64,000 nucleotides of DNA, taken from NCBI RefSeq assembly GCF_006345805.1, contig NC_043004.1, positions 75,950,001-76,014,000 on the forward strand. Reading direction: 5' to 3'. Below are positions 1 through 15,000 of the stretch, piece after piece. Both the position numbers and the translations under genes were made by a program. Numbering within the stretch: position 1 is the stretch's first letter; every line of letters begins with the position of its first letter. The notes beneath the pieces were generated by a model, which saw only the letters and a list, made by a program, of their open reading frames with translations, did not search any database and had not been told where the DNA came from. Origin of the DNA: Octopus sinensis. Lineage: Eukaryota.

Positions 1-51
1 AGTCTGATGCATGCTCAGAAGGCTCTGCTGCAGCTCAGGCAGTGACAGTCT
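1..51 (-). mobile_element. RTE-clade LINE relic: C-terminal zinc-finger-like end, downstream flank of the satellite
   Basis: Minus strand continues from the last unit as ...PADCHCLSCSRAF*ACIRL, matching the CxxCxRxFxxxIGL start of the C-terminal C2H2 motif of RTE/BovB-like ORFs. Cut by the window edge. Confidence 0.7.
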
Positions 52-3000
52 GCTGGGACTGAAGGTGAGCGGTTGGCTCTGGACTCATATAATTCGTGTT
101 TTCTTGGTACCTCTGCAACCCTGTTCTGTTCCTAAGACGAGGCACCTCCGTTGGTGCAGCTTTTCCAGGCTGGGCAGTCTGCTGGGACTGAAGGTGAGCG
201 GTTGGCTCTGGACTCATATAATTCGTGTTTTCTTGGTACCTCTGCAACCCTGTTCTGTTCCTAAGACGAGGCACCTCCGTTGGTGCAGCTTTTCCAGGCT
301 GGGCAGTCTGCTGGGACTGAAGGTGAGCGGTTGCTCTGGACTCATATAATTCGTGTTTTCTTGGTACCTCTGCAACCCTGTTCTGTTCCTAAGACGAGGC
401 ACCTCCGTTGGTGCAGCTTTTCCAGGCTGGGCAGTCTGCTGGGACTGAAGGTGAGCGGTTGGCTCTGGACTCATATAATTCGTGTTTTCTTGGTACCTCT
501 GCAACCCTGTTCTGTTCCCAAGACGAGGCACCTCCGTTGGTGCAGCTTTTCCGGGCTGGACAGTCTGCTGGGACTGAAGGTGAGCGGTTGGCTCTGGACT
601 CATACAATTCGTGTTTTCTTGGTACCCCTGCAACCCTGTTCTGTTCCTAAGACGAGGCATCTCCGTTGGTGCAGCTTTTCCAGGCTGGGCAGTCTGCTGG
701 GACTGAAGGTGAGCGGTTGGCTCTGGACACATATAATTCGTGTTTTCTGGGTACCTCTGCAACCCTGTTCTGTTCCTAAGACGAGGCACTCCGTTGGTGC
801 AGCTTTTCCAGGCTGGGCAGTCTGCTGGGACTGAAGGTGAGCGGTTGGCTCTGGACTCATATAATTCGTGTTTTCTTGGTACCTCTGCAACCCTGTTCTG
901 TTCCTAAGACGAGGCATCTCCGTTGGTGCAGCTTTTCCAGGCTGGGCAGTCTGCTGGGACTGAAGGTGAGCGGTTGGCTCTGGACTCATATAATTCGTGT
1001 TTTCTTGGTACCTCTGCAACCCTGTTCTGTTCCTAAGACGAGGCACCTCCGTTGGTGCAGCTTTTCCAGGCTGGGCAGTCTGCTGGGACTGAAGGTGAGC
1101 GTTGGCTCTGGACTCATATAATTCGTGTTTTCTTGGTACCTCTGCAACCCTGTTCTGTTCCTAAGACGAGGCACCTCCGTTGGTGCAGCTTTTCCAGGCT
1201 GGACAGTCTGCTGGGACTGAAGGTGAGCGGTTGGCTCTGGACTCATATAATTCGTGTTTTCTTGGTACCTCTGCAACCCTGTTCTGTTCCTAAGACGAGG
1301 CATCTCCGTTGGTGCAGCTTTTCCAGGCTGGGCAGTCTGCTGGGACTGAAGGTGAGCGGTTGGCTCTGGACTCATATAATTCGTGTTTTCTTGGTACCTC
1401 TGCAACCCTGTTCTGTTCCTAAGACGAGGCACCTCCGTTGGTGCAGCTTTTCCAGGGTGGGCAGTCTGCTGGGACTGAAGGTGAGCGGTTGGCTCTGGAC
1501 TCATATAATTCGTGTTTTCTTGGTACCTCTGCAACCCTGTTCTGTTCCTAAGACGAGGCACCTTTGTTGGTGCAGCTGTTCCAGGCTGGGCAGTCTGCTG
1601 GGACTGAAGGTGAGCGGTTGGCTCTGGACTCATATAATTCGTGTTTTCTTGGTACCTCTGCAACCCTGTTCTGTTCCTAAGACGAGGCATCTCCGTTGGT
1701 GCAGCTTTTCCAGGCTGGGCAGTCTGCTGGGACTGAAGGTGAGCGGTTGGCTCTGGACTCATATAATTCGTGTTTTCTTGGTACCTCTGCAACCCTGTTC
1801 TGTTCCTAAGACGAGGCATCTCCGTTGGTGCAGCTTTTCCAGGCTGGGCAGTCTGCTGGGACTGAAGGTGAGCGGTGGCTCTGGACTCATATAATTCGTG
1901 TTTTCTTGGTACCTCTGCAACCCTGTTCTGTTCCTAAGACGAGGCATCTCCGTTGGTGCAGCTTTTCCAGGCTGGGCAGTCTGCTGGGACTGAAGGTGAG
2001 CGGTTGGCTCTGGACTCATATAATTCGTGTTTTCTTGGTACCTCTGCAACCCTGTTCTGTTCCTAAGACGAGGCCTCCGTTGGTGCAGCTTTTCCAGGCT
2101 GGACAGTCTGCTGGGACTGAAGGTGAGCGGTTGGCTCTGGACTCATATAATTCGTGTTTTCTTGGTACCTCTGCAACCCTGTTCTGTTCCTAAGACGAGG
2201 CACCTCCGTTGGTGTGCAGCTTTCCAGGCTGGGCAGTCTGCTGGGACTGAAGGTGAGCGGTTGGCTCTGGACTCATATAATTCGTGTTTTCTTGGTACCT
2301 CTGCAACCCTGTTCTGTTCCTAAGACGAGGCATCTCCGTTGGTGCAGCTTTTCCAGGCTGGGCAGTCTGCTGGGACTGAAGGTGAGCGGTTGGCTCTGGA
2401 CTCATATAATTCGTGTTTTCTTGGTACCTCTGCAACCCTGTTCTGTTCCTAAGACGAGGCACCTCCGTTGGTGCAGCTTTCCAGGCTGGACAGTCTGCTG
2501 GGACTGAAGGTGAGCGGTTGGCTCTGGACTCATATAATTCGTGTTTTCTTGGTACCTCTGCAACCCTGTTCTGTTCCTAAGACGAGGCACCTCCGTTGGT
2601 GCAGCTTTTCCAGGCTGGACAGTCTGCTGGGACTGAAGGTGAGCGGTTGGCTCTGGACTCATATAATTCGTGTTTTCTTGGTACCTCTGCAACCCTGTTC
2701 TGTTCCTAAGACGAGGCACCTCCGTTGGTGCAGCTTTTCCAGGCTGGACAGTCTGCTGGGACTGAAGGTGAGCGGTTGGCTCTGGACTCATATAATTCGT
2801 GTTTTCTTGGTACCTCTGCAACCCTGTTCTGTTCCTAAGACGAGGCACCTCCGTTGGTGCAGCTTTTCCAGGCTGGCAGTCTGCTGGGACTGAAGGTGAG
2901 CGGTTGGCTCTGGACTCATATAATTCGTGTTTTCTTGGTACCTCTGCAACCCTGTTCTGTTCCTAAGACGAGGCACCTCCGTTGGTGCAGCTTTTCCAGG

Positions 3001-6000
3001 CTGGACAGTCTGCTGGGACTGAAGGTGAGCGGTTGGCTCTGGACTCATATAATTCGTGTTTTCTTGGTACCTCTGCAACCCTGTTCTGTTCCTAAGACGA
3101 GGCACCTCCGTTGGTGCAGCTTTCCAGGCTGGACAGTCTGCTGGGACTGAAGGTGAGCGGTTGGCTCTGGACTCATATAATTCGTGTTTTCTTGGTACCT
3201 CTGCAACCCTGTTCTGTTCCTAAGACGAGGCACCTCCGTTGGTGCAGCTTTTCCAGGCTGGACAGTCTGCTGGGACTGAAGGTGAGCGGTTGGCTCTGGA
3301 CTCATATAATTCGTGTTTTCTTGGTACCTCTGCAACCCTGTTCTGTTCCTAAGACGAGGCACCTCCGTTGGTGCAGCTTTTCCAGGCTGGGCAGTCTGCT
3401 GGGACTGAAGGTGAGCGGTTGGCTCTGGACTCATATAATTCGTGTTTTCTTGGTACCTCTGCAACCCTGTTCTGTTCCTAAGACGAGGCACCTCCGTTGG
3501 TGCAGCTTTTCCAGGCTGGGCAGTCTGCTGGGACTGAAGGTGAGCGGTTGGCTCTGGACTCATATAATTCGTGTTTTCTTGGTACCTCTGCAACCCTGTT
3601 CTGTTCCTAAGACGAGGCATCTCCGTTGGTGCAGCTTTTCCAGGCTGGGCAGTCTGCTGGGACTGAAGGTGAGCGGTTGGCTCTGGACTCATATAATTCG
3701 TGTTTTCTTGGTACCTCTGCAACCCTGTTCTGTTCCTAAGACGAGGCATCTCCGTTGGTGCAGCTTTTCCAGGCTGGGCAGTCTGCTGGGACTGAAGGTG
3801 AGCGGTTGGCTCTGGACTCATATAATTCGTGTTTTCTTGGTACCTCTGCAACCCTGTTCTGTTCCTAAGACGAGGCACCTCCGTTGGTGCAGCTTTTCCA
3901 GGCTGGGCAGTCTGCTGGGACTGAAGGTGAGCGGTTGGCTCTGGACTCATATAATTCGTGTTTTCTTGGTACCTCTGCAACCCTGTTCTGTTCCTAAGAC
4001 GAGGCACCTCCGTTGGTGCAGCTTTTCCAGGCTGGGCAGTCTGCTGGGACTGAAGGTGAGCGGTTGGCTCTGGACTCATATAATTCGTGTTTTCTTGGTA
4101 CCTCTGCAACCCTGTTCTGTTCCTAAGACGAGGCACCTCCGTTGGTGCAGCTTTTCCAGGCTGGGCAGTCTGCTGGGACTGAAGGTGAGCGGTTGGCTCT
4201 GGACTCATATAATTCGTGTTTTCTTGGTACCTCTGCAACCCTGTTCTGTTCCTAAGACGAGGCACCTCCGTTGGTGCAGCTTTTCCAGGCTGGGCAGTCT
4301 GCTGGGACTGAAGGTGAGCGGTTGGCTCTGGACTCATATAATTCGTGTTTTCTTGGTACCTCTGCAACCCTGTTCTGTTCCTAAGACGAGGCACCTCCGT
4401 TGGTGCAGCTTTTCCAGGCTGGACAGTCTGCTGGGACTGAAGGTGAGCGGTTGGCTCTGGACTCATATAATTCGTGTTTTCTTGGTACCTCTGCAACCCT
4501 GTTCTGTTCCTAAGACGAGGCACCTCCGTTGGTGCAGCTTTTCCAGGCTGGACAGTCTGCTGGGACTGAAGGTGAGCGGTTGGCTCTGGACTCATATAAT
4601 TCGTGTTTTCTTGGTACCTCTGCAACCCTGTTCTGTTCCTAAGACGAGGCACCTCCGTTGGTGCAGCTTTTCCAGGCTGAGCAGTCTGCTGGGACTGAAG
4701 GTGAGCGGTTGGCTCTGGACTCATATAATTCGTTTTTTCTTGGTACCTCTGCAACCCTGTTCTGTTCCTAAGACGAGGCACCTCCGTTGGTGCAGCTTTT
4801 CCAGGCTGGGCAGTCTGCTGGGACTGAAGGTGAGCGGTTGGCTCTGGACTCATATAATTCGTGTTTTCTTGGTACCTCTGCAACCCTGTTCTGTTCCTAA
4901 GACGAGGCACCTCCGTTGGTGCAGCTTTTCCAGGCTGGACAGTCTGCTGGGACTGAAGGTGAGCGGTTGGCTCTGGACTCATATAATTCGTGTTTTCTTG
5001 GTACCTCTGCAACCCTGTTCTGTTCCTAAGACGAGGCATCCTCCGTTGGTGCAGCTTTTCCAGGCTGGGCAGTCTGCTGGGACTGAAGGTGAGCGGTTGG
5101 CTCTGGACTCATATATATTCGTGTTTTCTTGGTACCTCTGCAACCTGTTCTGTTCCTAAGACGAGGCACCTCCGTTGGTGCAGCTTTTCCAGACTGGACA
5201 GTCTGCTGGGACTGAAGGTGAGCGGTTGGCTCTGGACTCATATAATTCGTGTTTTCTTGGTACCTCTGCAACCCTGTTCTGTTCCTAAGACGAGGCACTC
5301 CGTTGGTGCAGCTTTTCCAGGCTGGGCAGTCTGCTGGGACTGAAGGTGAGCGGTTGGCTCTGGACTCATATAATTCGTGTTTTCTTGGTACCTCTGCAAC
5401 CCTGTTCTGTTCCTAAGACGAGGCACCTCCGTTGGTGCAGCTTTTCCAGACTGGACAGTCTGCTGGGACTGAAGGTGAGCGGTTGGCTCTGGACTCATAT
5501 AATTCGTGTTTTCTTGGTACCTCTGCAACCCTGTTCTGTTCCTAAGACGAGGCACCTCCGTTGGTGCAGCTTTTCCAGGCTGGACAGTCTGCTGGGACTG
5601 AAGGTGAGCGGTTGGCTCTGGACTCATATAATTCGTGTTTTCTTGGTACCTCTGCAACCCTGTTCTGTTCCTAAGACGAGGCATCTCCGTTGGTGCAGCT
5701 TTTCCAGTCTGGGCAGTCTGCTGGGACTGAAGGTGAGCGGTTGGCTCTGGACTCATATAATTCGTGTTTTCTTGGTACCTCTGCAACCCTGTTCTGTTCC
5801 TAAGACGAGGCACCTCCGTTGGTGCAGCTTTTCCAGGGTGGGCAGTCTGCTGGGACTGAAGGTGAGCGGTTGGCTCTGGACTCATATAATTCGTGTTTTC
5901 TTGGTACCTCTGCAACCCTGTTCTGTTCCTAAGACGAGGCACCTCCGTTGGTGCAGCTTTTCCAGGTTGAGCAGTCTGCTGGGACTGAAGGTGAGCGGTT

Positions 6001-9000
6001 GGCTCTGGACTCATATAATTCGTGTTTTCTTGGTACCTCTGCAACCCTGTTCTGTTCCTAAGACGAGGCACCTCCGTTGGTGCAGCTTTTCCAGGCTGGG
6101 CAGTCTGCTGGGACTGAAGGTGAGCGGTTGGCTCTGGACTCATATAATTCGTGTTTTCTTGGTACCTCTGCAACCCTGTTCTGTTCCTAAGACGAGGCAC
6201 CTCCGTTGGTGCAGCTTTTCCAGACTGGACAGTCTGCTGGGACTGAAGGTGAGCGGTTGGCTCTGGACTCATATAATTCGTGTTTTCTTGGTACCTCTGC
6301 AACCCTGTTCTGTTCCTAAGACGAGGCACCCCGTTGGTGCAGCTTTCCAGGCTGGGCAGTCTGCTGGGACTGAAGGTGAGCGGTTGGCTCTGGACTCATA
6401 TAATTCGTGTTTTCTTGGTACCTCTGCAACCCTGTTCTGTTCCTAAGACGAGGCACCTCCGTTGGTGCAGCTTTTCCAGACTGGACAGTCTGCTGGGACT
6501 GAAGGTGAGCGGTTGGCTCTGGACTCATATAATTCGTGTTTTCTTGGTACCTCTGCAACCCTGTTCTGTTCCTAAGACGAGGCACCTCCGTTGGTGCAGC
6601 TTTTCCAGGCTGGGCAGTCTGCTGGGACTGAAGGTGAGCGGTTGGCTCTGGACTCATATAATTCGTGTTTTCTTGGTACCTCTGCAACCTGTTCTGTTCC
6701 TAAGACGAGGCACCTCCGTTGGTGCAGCTTTTCCAGGCTGGGCAGTCTGCTGGGACTGAAGGTGAGCGGTTGGCTCTGGACTCATATAATTCGTGTTTTC
6801 TTGGTACCTCTGCAACCCTGTTCTGTTCCTAAGACGAGGCACCTCCGTTGGTGCAGCTTTTCCAGGCTGGACAGTCTGCTGGGACTGAAGGTGAGCGGTT
6901 GGCTCTGGACTCATATAATTCGTGTTTTCTTGGTACCTCTGCAACCCTGTTCTGTTCCTAAGACGAGGCATCTCCGTTGGTGCAGCTTTTCCAGGCTGGG
7001 CAGTCTGCTGGGACTGAAGGTGAGCGGTTGGCTCTGGACTCATATAATTCGTGTTTTCTTGGTACCTCTGCAACCCTGTTCTGTTCCTAAGACGAGGCAC
7101 CTCCGTTGGTGCAGCTTTTCCAGACTGGACAGTCTGCTGGGACTGAAGGTGAGCGGTTGGCTCTGGACTCATATAATTCGTGTTTTCTTGGTACCTCTGC
7201 AACCCTGTTCTGTTCCTAAGACGAGGCACCTCCGTTGGTGCAGCTTTTCCAGGCTGGGCAGTCTGCTGGGACTGAAGGTGAGCGGTTGGCTCTGGACTCA
7301 TATAATTCGTGTTTTTCTGGTACCTCTGCAACCTGTTCTGTTCCTAAGACGAGGCACCCCCGTTGGTGCAGCTTTTCCAGGCTGGGCAGTCTGCTGGGAC
7401 TGAAGGTGAGCGGTTGGCTCTGGACTCATATAATTCGTGTTTTCTTGGTACCTCTGCAACCCTGTTCTGTTCCTAAGACGAGGCACCTCCGTTGGTGCAG
7501 CTTTTCCAGACTGGACAGTCTGCTGGGACTGAAGGTGAGCGGTTGGCTCTGGACTCATATAATTCGTGTTTTCTTGGTACCTCTGCAACCCTGTTCTGTT
7601 CCTAAGACGAGGCACCTCCGTTGGTGCAGCTTTTCCAGGCTGGACAGTCTGCTGGGACTGAAGGTGAGCGGTTGGCTCTGGACTCATATAATTCGTGTTT
7701 TCTTGGTACCTCTGCAACCCTGTTCTGTTCCTAAGACGAGGCACCTCCGTTGGTGCAGCCTTTCCAGGCTGGGCAGTCTGCTGGGACTGAAGGTGAGCGG
7801 TTGGCTCTGGACTCATATAATTCGTGTTTTCTTGGTACCTCTGCAACCCTGTTCTGTTCCTAAGACGAGGCACCTCCGTTGGTGCAGCTTTTCCAGACTG
7901 GACAGTCTGCTGGGACTGAAGGTGAGCGGTTGGCTCTGGACTCATATAATTCGTGTTTTCTTGGTACCTCTGCAACCCTGTTCTGTTCCTAAGACGAGAC
8001 ACCTCCGTTGGTGCAGCTTTTCCAGGCTGGGCAGTCTGCTGTGGGACTGAAGGTGAGCGGTTGGCTCTGGACTCATATAATTCGTGTTTTCTTGGTACCT
8101 CTGCAACCCTGTTCTGTTCCTAAGACGAGGCACCTCCGTTGGTGCAGCTTTTCCAGACTGGACAGTCTGCTGGGACTGAAGGTGAGCGGTTGGCTCTGGA
8201 CTCATATAATTCGTGTTTTCTTGGTACCTCTGCAACCCTGTTCTGTTCCTAAGACGAGGCACCTCCGTTGGTGCAGCTTTTCCAGGCTGGACAGTCTGCT
8301 GGGACTGAAGGTGAGCGGTTGGCTCTGGACTCATATAATTCGTGTTTTCTTGGTACCTCTGCAACCCTGTTCTGTTCCTAAGACGAGGCACCTCCGTTGG
8401 TGCAGCTTTTCCAGGCTGGACAGTCTGCTGGGACTGAAGGTGAGCGGTTGGCTCTGGACTCATATAATTCGTGTTCTTGGTACCTCTCCCTCTGCAACCC
8501 TGTTCTGTTCCTAAGACGAGGCACCTCCGTTGGTGCAGCTTTTCCAGGCTGGACAGTCTGCTGGGACTGAAGGTGAGCGGTTGGCTCTGGACTTATATAA
8601 TTCGTGTTTTCTTGGTACCGCTGCAACCCCGTTCTGTTCCTAAGACGAGGCATCTCCGTTGGTGCAGCTTTTCCAGGCTGGACAGTCTGCTGGGACTGAA
8701 GGTGAGCGGTTGGCTCTGGACTCATATAATTTGTGTTTTCTTGGTACCTCTGCAACCCTGTTCTGTTCCTAAGACGAGGCATCTCCGTTGGTGCAGCTTT
8801 TCCAGTCTGGGCAGTCTGCTGGGACTGAAGGTGAGCGGTTGGCTCTGGACTCATATAATTCGTGTTTTCTTGGTACCTCTGCAACCCTGTTTTGTTCCTA
8901 AGACGAGGCACCTCCGTTGGTGCAGCTTTTCCAGGGGGGCAGTCTGCTGGGACTGAAGGTGAGCGGTTGGCTCTGGACTCATATAATTCGTGTTTTCTTG

Positions 9001-12000
9001 GTACCTCTGCAACCCTGTTCTGTTCCTAAGACGAGGCACCTCCGTTGGTGCAGCTTTTCCAGGCTGGGCATCTGCTGGGACTGAAGGTGAGCGGTTGGCT
9101 CTGGACTCATATAATTCGTGTTTTCTTGGTACCTCTGCAACCCTGTTCTGTTCCTAAGACGAGGCACCTCCGTTGGTGCAGCTTTTCCAGGCTGGACAGT
9201 CTGCTGGGACTGAAGGTGAGCGGTTGGCTCTGGACTCATATAATTCGTGTTTTCTTGGTACCTCTGCAACCCTGTTCTGTTCCTAAGACGAGGCATCGCC
9301 GTTGGTGCAGCTTTTCCAGGCTGGGCAGTCTGCTGGGACTGAAGGTGAGCGGTTGGCTCTGGACTCATATAATTCGTGTTTTCTTGGTACCTCTGCAACC
9401 CTGTTCTGTTCCTAAGACGAGGCACCTCCGTTGGTGCAGCTTTTCCAGACTGGACAGTCTGCTGGGACTGAAGGTGAGCGGTTGGCTCTGGACTCATATA
9501 ATTCGTGTTTTCTTGGTACCTCTGCAACCTGTTCTGTTCCTAAGACGAGGCACCTCCGTTGGTGCAGCTTTTCCAGGCTGGGCAGTCTGCTGGGACTGAA
9601 GGTGAGCGGTTGGCTCTGGACTCATATAATTCGTGTTTTCTTGGTACCTCTGCAACCCTGTTCTGTTCCTAAGACGAGGCACCTCCGTTGGTGCAGCTTT
9701 TCCAGACTGGACAGTCTGCTGGGACTGAAGGTGAGCGGTTGGCTCTGGACTCATATAATTCGTGTTTTCTTGGTACCTCTGCAACCCTGTTCTGTTCCTA
9801 AGACGAGGCACCTCCGTTGGTGCAGCTTTTCTAGGCTGGACAGTCTGCTGGGACTGAAGGTGAGCGGTTGGCTCTGGACTCATATAATTCGTGTTTTCTT
9901 GGTACCTCTGCAACCCTGTTCTGTTCCTAAGACGAGGCATCTCCGTTGGTGCAGCTTTTCCAGTCTGGGCAGTCTGCTGGGACTGAAAGTGAGCGGTTGG
10001 CTCTGGACTCATATAATTCGTGTTTTCTCGGTACCTCTGCAACCCTGTTCTGTTCCTAAGACGAGGCACCTCCGTTGGTGCAGCTTTTCCAGGGTGGGCA
10101 GTCTGCTGGGACTGAAGGTGAGCGGTTGGCTCTGGACTCATATAATTCGTGTTTTCTTGGTACCTCTGCAACCCTGTTTGTTCCTAAGACGAGGCACCTC
10201 CGTTGGTGCAGCTTTTCAGGCTGGGCAGTCTGCTGGGACTGACGTGAGCGGTTGGCTCTGGACTCATATAATTCGTGTTTTCTTGGTACCTCTGCACACC
10301 TGTTCTGTTCCTAAGACGAGGCACCTCCGTTGGTGCAGCTTTTCCAGGCTGGGCAATCTGCTGGGACTGAAGGTGAGCGGTTGGCTCTGGACTCATATAA
10401 TTCGTGTTTTCTTGGTACCTCTGCAACCCTGTTCTGTTCCTAAGACGAGGCACCTCCGTTGGTGCAGCTTTTCCAGGCTGGACAGTCTGCTGGGACTGAA
10501 GGTGAGCGGTTGGCTCTGGACTCATATAATTCGTGTTTTCTTGGTACCTCTGCAACCCTGTTCTGTTCCTAAGACGAGGCATCGCCGTTGGTGCAGCTTT
10601 TCCAGGCTGGGCAGTCTGCTGGGACTGAAGGTGAGCGGTTGGCTCTGGACTCATATAATTCGTGTTTTCTTGGTACCTCTGCAACCCTGTTCTGTTCCTA
10701 AGACGAGGCACCTCCGTTGGTGCAGCTTTTCCAGACTGGACAGTCTGCTGGGACTGAAGGTGAGCGGTTGGCTCTGGACTCATATAATTCGTGTTTTCTT
10801 GGTACCTCTGCAACCCTGTTCTGTTCCTAAGACGAGGCACCCGTTGGTGCAGCTTTTCCAGGCTGGCAGTCTGCTGGGACTGAAGGTGAGCGGTTGGCTC
10901 TGGACTCATATAATTCGTGTTTTCTTGGTACCTCTGCAACCCTGTTCTGTCCTAAGACGAGGCACCTCCGTTGGTGCAGCTTTTCCAGACTGGACAGTCT
11001 GCTGGGACTGAAGGTGAGCGGTTGGCTCTGGACTCATATAATTCGTGTTTTCTTGGTACCTCTGCAACCCTGTTCTGTTCCTAAGACGAGGCACCTCCGT
11101 TGGTGCAGCTTTTCTAGGGGGGGACAGTCTGCTGGGACTGAAGGTGAGCGGTTGGCTCTGGACTCATATAATTCGTGTTTCTTGGTACCTCTGCAACCTG
11201 TTCTGTTCCTAAGACGAGGCATCTCCGTTGGTGCAGCTTTTCCAGTCTGGGCAGTCTGCTGGGACTGAAGGTGAGCGGTTGGCTCTGGACTCATATAATT
11301 CGTGTTTTCTGGTACCTCTGCAAACCTGTTCTGTTCCTAAGACGAGGCACTCCGTTGGTGCAGCTTTTCCAGGGTGGGCAGTCTGCTGGGACTGAAGGTG
11401 AGCGGTTGGCTCTGGACTCATATAATTCGTGTTTTCTTGGTACCTCTGCAACCCTGTTCTGTTCCTAAGACGAGGCACCTCCGTTGGTGCAGCTTTTCAG
11501 GCTGAGCAGTCTGCTGGGACTGACGTGAGCGGTTGGCTCTGGACTCATATAATTCGTGTTTTCTTGGTACCTCTGCAACCCTGTTCTGTTCCTAAGACGA
11601 GGCACCTCCGTTGGTGCAGCTTTTCCAGGCTGGACAGTCTGCTGGGACTGAAGGTGAGCGGTTGGCTCTGGACTCATATAATTCGTGTTTTTTGGTACCT
11701 CTGCAACCCTGTTCTGTTCCTAAGACGAGGCATCTCCGTTGGTGCAGCTTTTCCAGGCTGGGCAGTCTGCTGGGACTGAAGGTGAGCGGTTGGCTCTGGA
11801 CTCATATAATTCGTGTTTTCTTGGTACCCTGCAACCTGTTCTGTTCCTAAGACGAGGCACCTCCGTTGGTGCAGCTTTTCCAGACTGGACAGTCTGCTGG
11901 GACTGAAGGTGAGCGGTTGGCTCTGGACTCATATAATTCGTGTTTTCTTGGTACCTCTGCACCCTGTTCTGTTCCTAAGACGAGGCACCTCCGTTGGTGC

Positions 12001-15000
12001 AGCTTTTCCAGGCTGGACAGTCTGCTGGGACTGAAGGTGAGCGGTTGGCTCTGGACTCATATAATTCGTGTTTTCTTGGTACCTCTGCAACCCTGTTCTG
12101 TTCCTAAGACGAGGCACCTCCGTTGGTGCAGCTTTTCCAGACTGGACAGTCTGCTGGGACTGAAGGTGAGCGGTTGGCTCTGGACTATATAATTCGTGTT
12201 TTCTTTGTACCTCTGCAACCCTGTTCTGTTCCTAAGACGAGGCACTCCGTTGGTGCAGCTTTTCCAGGCTGGGCAGTCTGCTGGGACTGAAGGTGAGCGG
12301 TTGGCTCTGGACTCATATAATTCGTGTTTTCTTGGTACCTCTGCAACCCTGTTCTGTTCCTAAGACGAGGCACCTCGTTGGTGCAGCTTTTCCGACTGGC
12401 AGTCTGCTGGGACTGAAGGTGAGCGGTTGGCTCTGGACTCATATAATTCGTGTTTTTCCGGTACCTCTGCACCCTGTTCTGTTCCTAAGACGAGGCACCT
12501 CCGTTGGTGCAGCTTTTCTAGGCTGGACAGTCTGCTGGGACTGAAGGTGAGCGGTTGGCTCTGGACTCATATAATTCGTGTTTTTTGGTACCTGCAACCC
12601 TGTCTGTTCCTAAGACGAGGCATCTCGTTGGTGCAGCTTTTCCAGTATGGGCAGTCTGCTGGGACTGAAAGTGAGAGCGGTTGGCTCTGGACTCATATAT
12701 ATTCGTGTTTTCTTCTGGTACCTCTGCAACCTGTTCTGTTCCTAAGACGAGGCACCTCCGTTGGTGCAGCTTTTCCAGGGTGGGCAGTCTGCTGGGACTG
12801 AAGGTGAGCGGTTGGCTCTGGACTCATATAATTCGTGTTTTCTTGGTACCTCTGCAACCCTGTTCTGTTCCTAAGACGAGGCACCTCCGTTGGTGCAGCT
12901 TTTCCAGGCTGAGCAGTCTGCTGGGACTGACGTGAGCGGTTGGCTCTGGACTCATATAATTCGTGTTTTCTTGGTACCTCTGCAACCTGTTCTGTTCCTA
13001 AGACGAGGCACTCCGTTGGTGCAGCTTTTCCAGGTGGGCAATCTGCTGGGACTGAAGGTGAGCGGTTGGCTCTGGACTCATATAATTCGTGTTTTCTTGG
13101 TACCTCTGCAACCTGTTCTGTTCTAAGACGAGGCACCTCGTTGGGTGCAGCTTTTCCAGGCTGGACAGTCTGCTGGGACTGAAGGTGAGCGGTTGGCTCT
13201 GGACTCATATAATTCGTGTTTTCTTGGTACCTCTGCAACCCTGTTCTGTTCCTAAGACGAGGCATCGCCGTTGGTGCAGCTTTTCCAGGCTGGGCAGTTG
13301 CTGGGACTGAAGGTGAGCGGTTGCTCTGGACCTCATATAATTCGTGTTTTTTGGTACCTCTGCAACCCTGTTCTGTTCCTAAGACGAGGCACCTCCGTTG
13401 GTGCAGCTTTTCCAGACTGGACAGTCTGCTGGGACTGAAGGTGAGCGGTTGGCTCTGGACTCATATAATTCGTGTTTTCTTGGTACTCTGCAACCCTGTT
13501 CTGTTCCTAAGACGAGGCACCTCCGTTGGTGCAGCTTTTCCAGGCTGGGCAGTCTGCTGGGACTGAAGGTGAGCGGTTGGCTCTGGACTCATATAATTCG
13601 TGTTTTCTTGGTACCTCTGCAACCCTGTTCTGTTCCTAAGACGAGGCACCTCCGTTGGTGCAGCTTTTCCAGACTGGACAGTCTGCTGGGACTGAAGGTG
13701 AGCGGTTGGCTCTGGACTCATATAATTCGTGTTTTCTTGGTACCTCTGCAACCTGTTCTGTTCCTAAGACGAGGCACCTCCGTTGGTGCAGCTTTTCCAG
13801 GCTGGACAGTCTGCTGGGACTGAAGGTGAGCGGTTGGCTCTGGACTCATATAATTCGTGTTTTCTTGGTACCTCTGCAACCCTGTTCTGTTCCTAAGACG
13901 AGGCATCTCCGTTGGTGCAGCTTTTCCAGTCTGGGCAGTCTGCTGGGACTGAAGGTGAGCGGTTGGCTCTGGACTCATATAATTCGTGTTTTCTCGGTAC
14001 CTCTGCAACCTGTTCTGTTCCTAAGACGAGGCACCTCCGTTGGTGCAGCTTTTCCAGGGTGGGCAGTCTGCTGGGACTGAAGGTGAGCGGTTGGCTCTGG
14101 ACTCATATAATTCGTGTTTTCTTGGTACCTCTGCAACCCTGTTCTGTTCCTAAGACGAGGCACCTCCGTTGGTGCAGCTTTTCCAGGCTGAGCAGTCTGC
14201 TGGGACTGAAGGTGAGCGGTTGGCTCTGGACTCATATAATTCGTGTTTTCTTGGTACCTCTGCAACCCTGTTCTGTTCCTAAGACGAGGCACCTCCGTTG
14301 GTGCAGCTTTTCCAGGCTGGACAGTCTGCTGGGACTGAAGGTGAGCGGTTGGCTCTGGACTCATATAATTCGTGTTTTCTTGGTACCTCTGCAACCCTGT
14401 TCTGTTCCTAAGACGAGGCATCTCCGTTGGTGCAGCTTTTCCAGGCTGGGCAGTCTGCTGGGACTGAAGGTGAGCGGTTGGCTCTGGACTCATATAATTC
14501 GTGTTTTCTTGGTACCTCTGCAACCTGTTCTGTTCCTAAGACGAGGCACCTCCGTTGGTGCAGCTTTTCCAGACTGGACAGTCTGCTGGGACTGAAGGTG
14601 AGCGGTTGGCTCTGGACTCATATATTCGTGTTTTCTTGGTACCTCTGCAACCCTGTTCTGTTCCTAAGACGAGGCACCTCCGTTGGTGCAGCTTTTCCAG
14701 GCTGGACAGTCTGCTGGGACTGAGGTGAGCGGTTGGCTCTGGACTCATATAATTCGTGTTTTCTTGGTACCTCTGCAACCCTGTTCTGTTCCTAAGACGA
14801 GGCACCTCCGTTGGTGCAGCTTTTAGACTGGACAGTCTGCTGGGACTGAAGGTGAGCGGTTGGCTCTGGACTCATATATTCGTGTTTTCTTGGTACCTCT
14901 GCAACCCTGTCTGTTCCTAAGACGAGGCACCTCCGTGGTGCAGCTTTTCCAGGCTGGGCAGTCTGCTGGGACTGAAGGTGAGCGGTTGGCTCTGGACTCA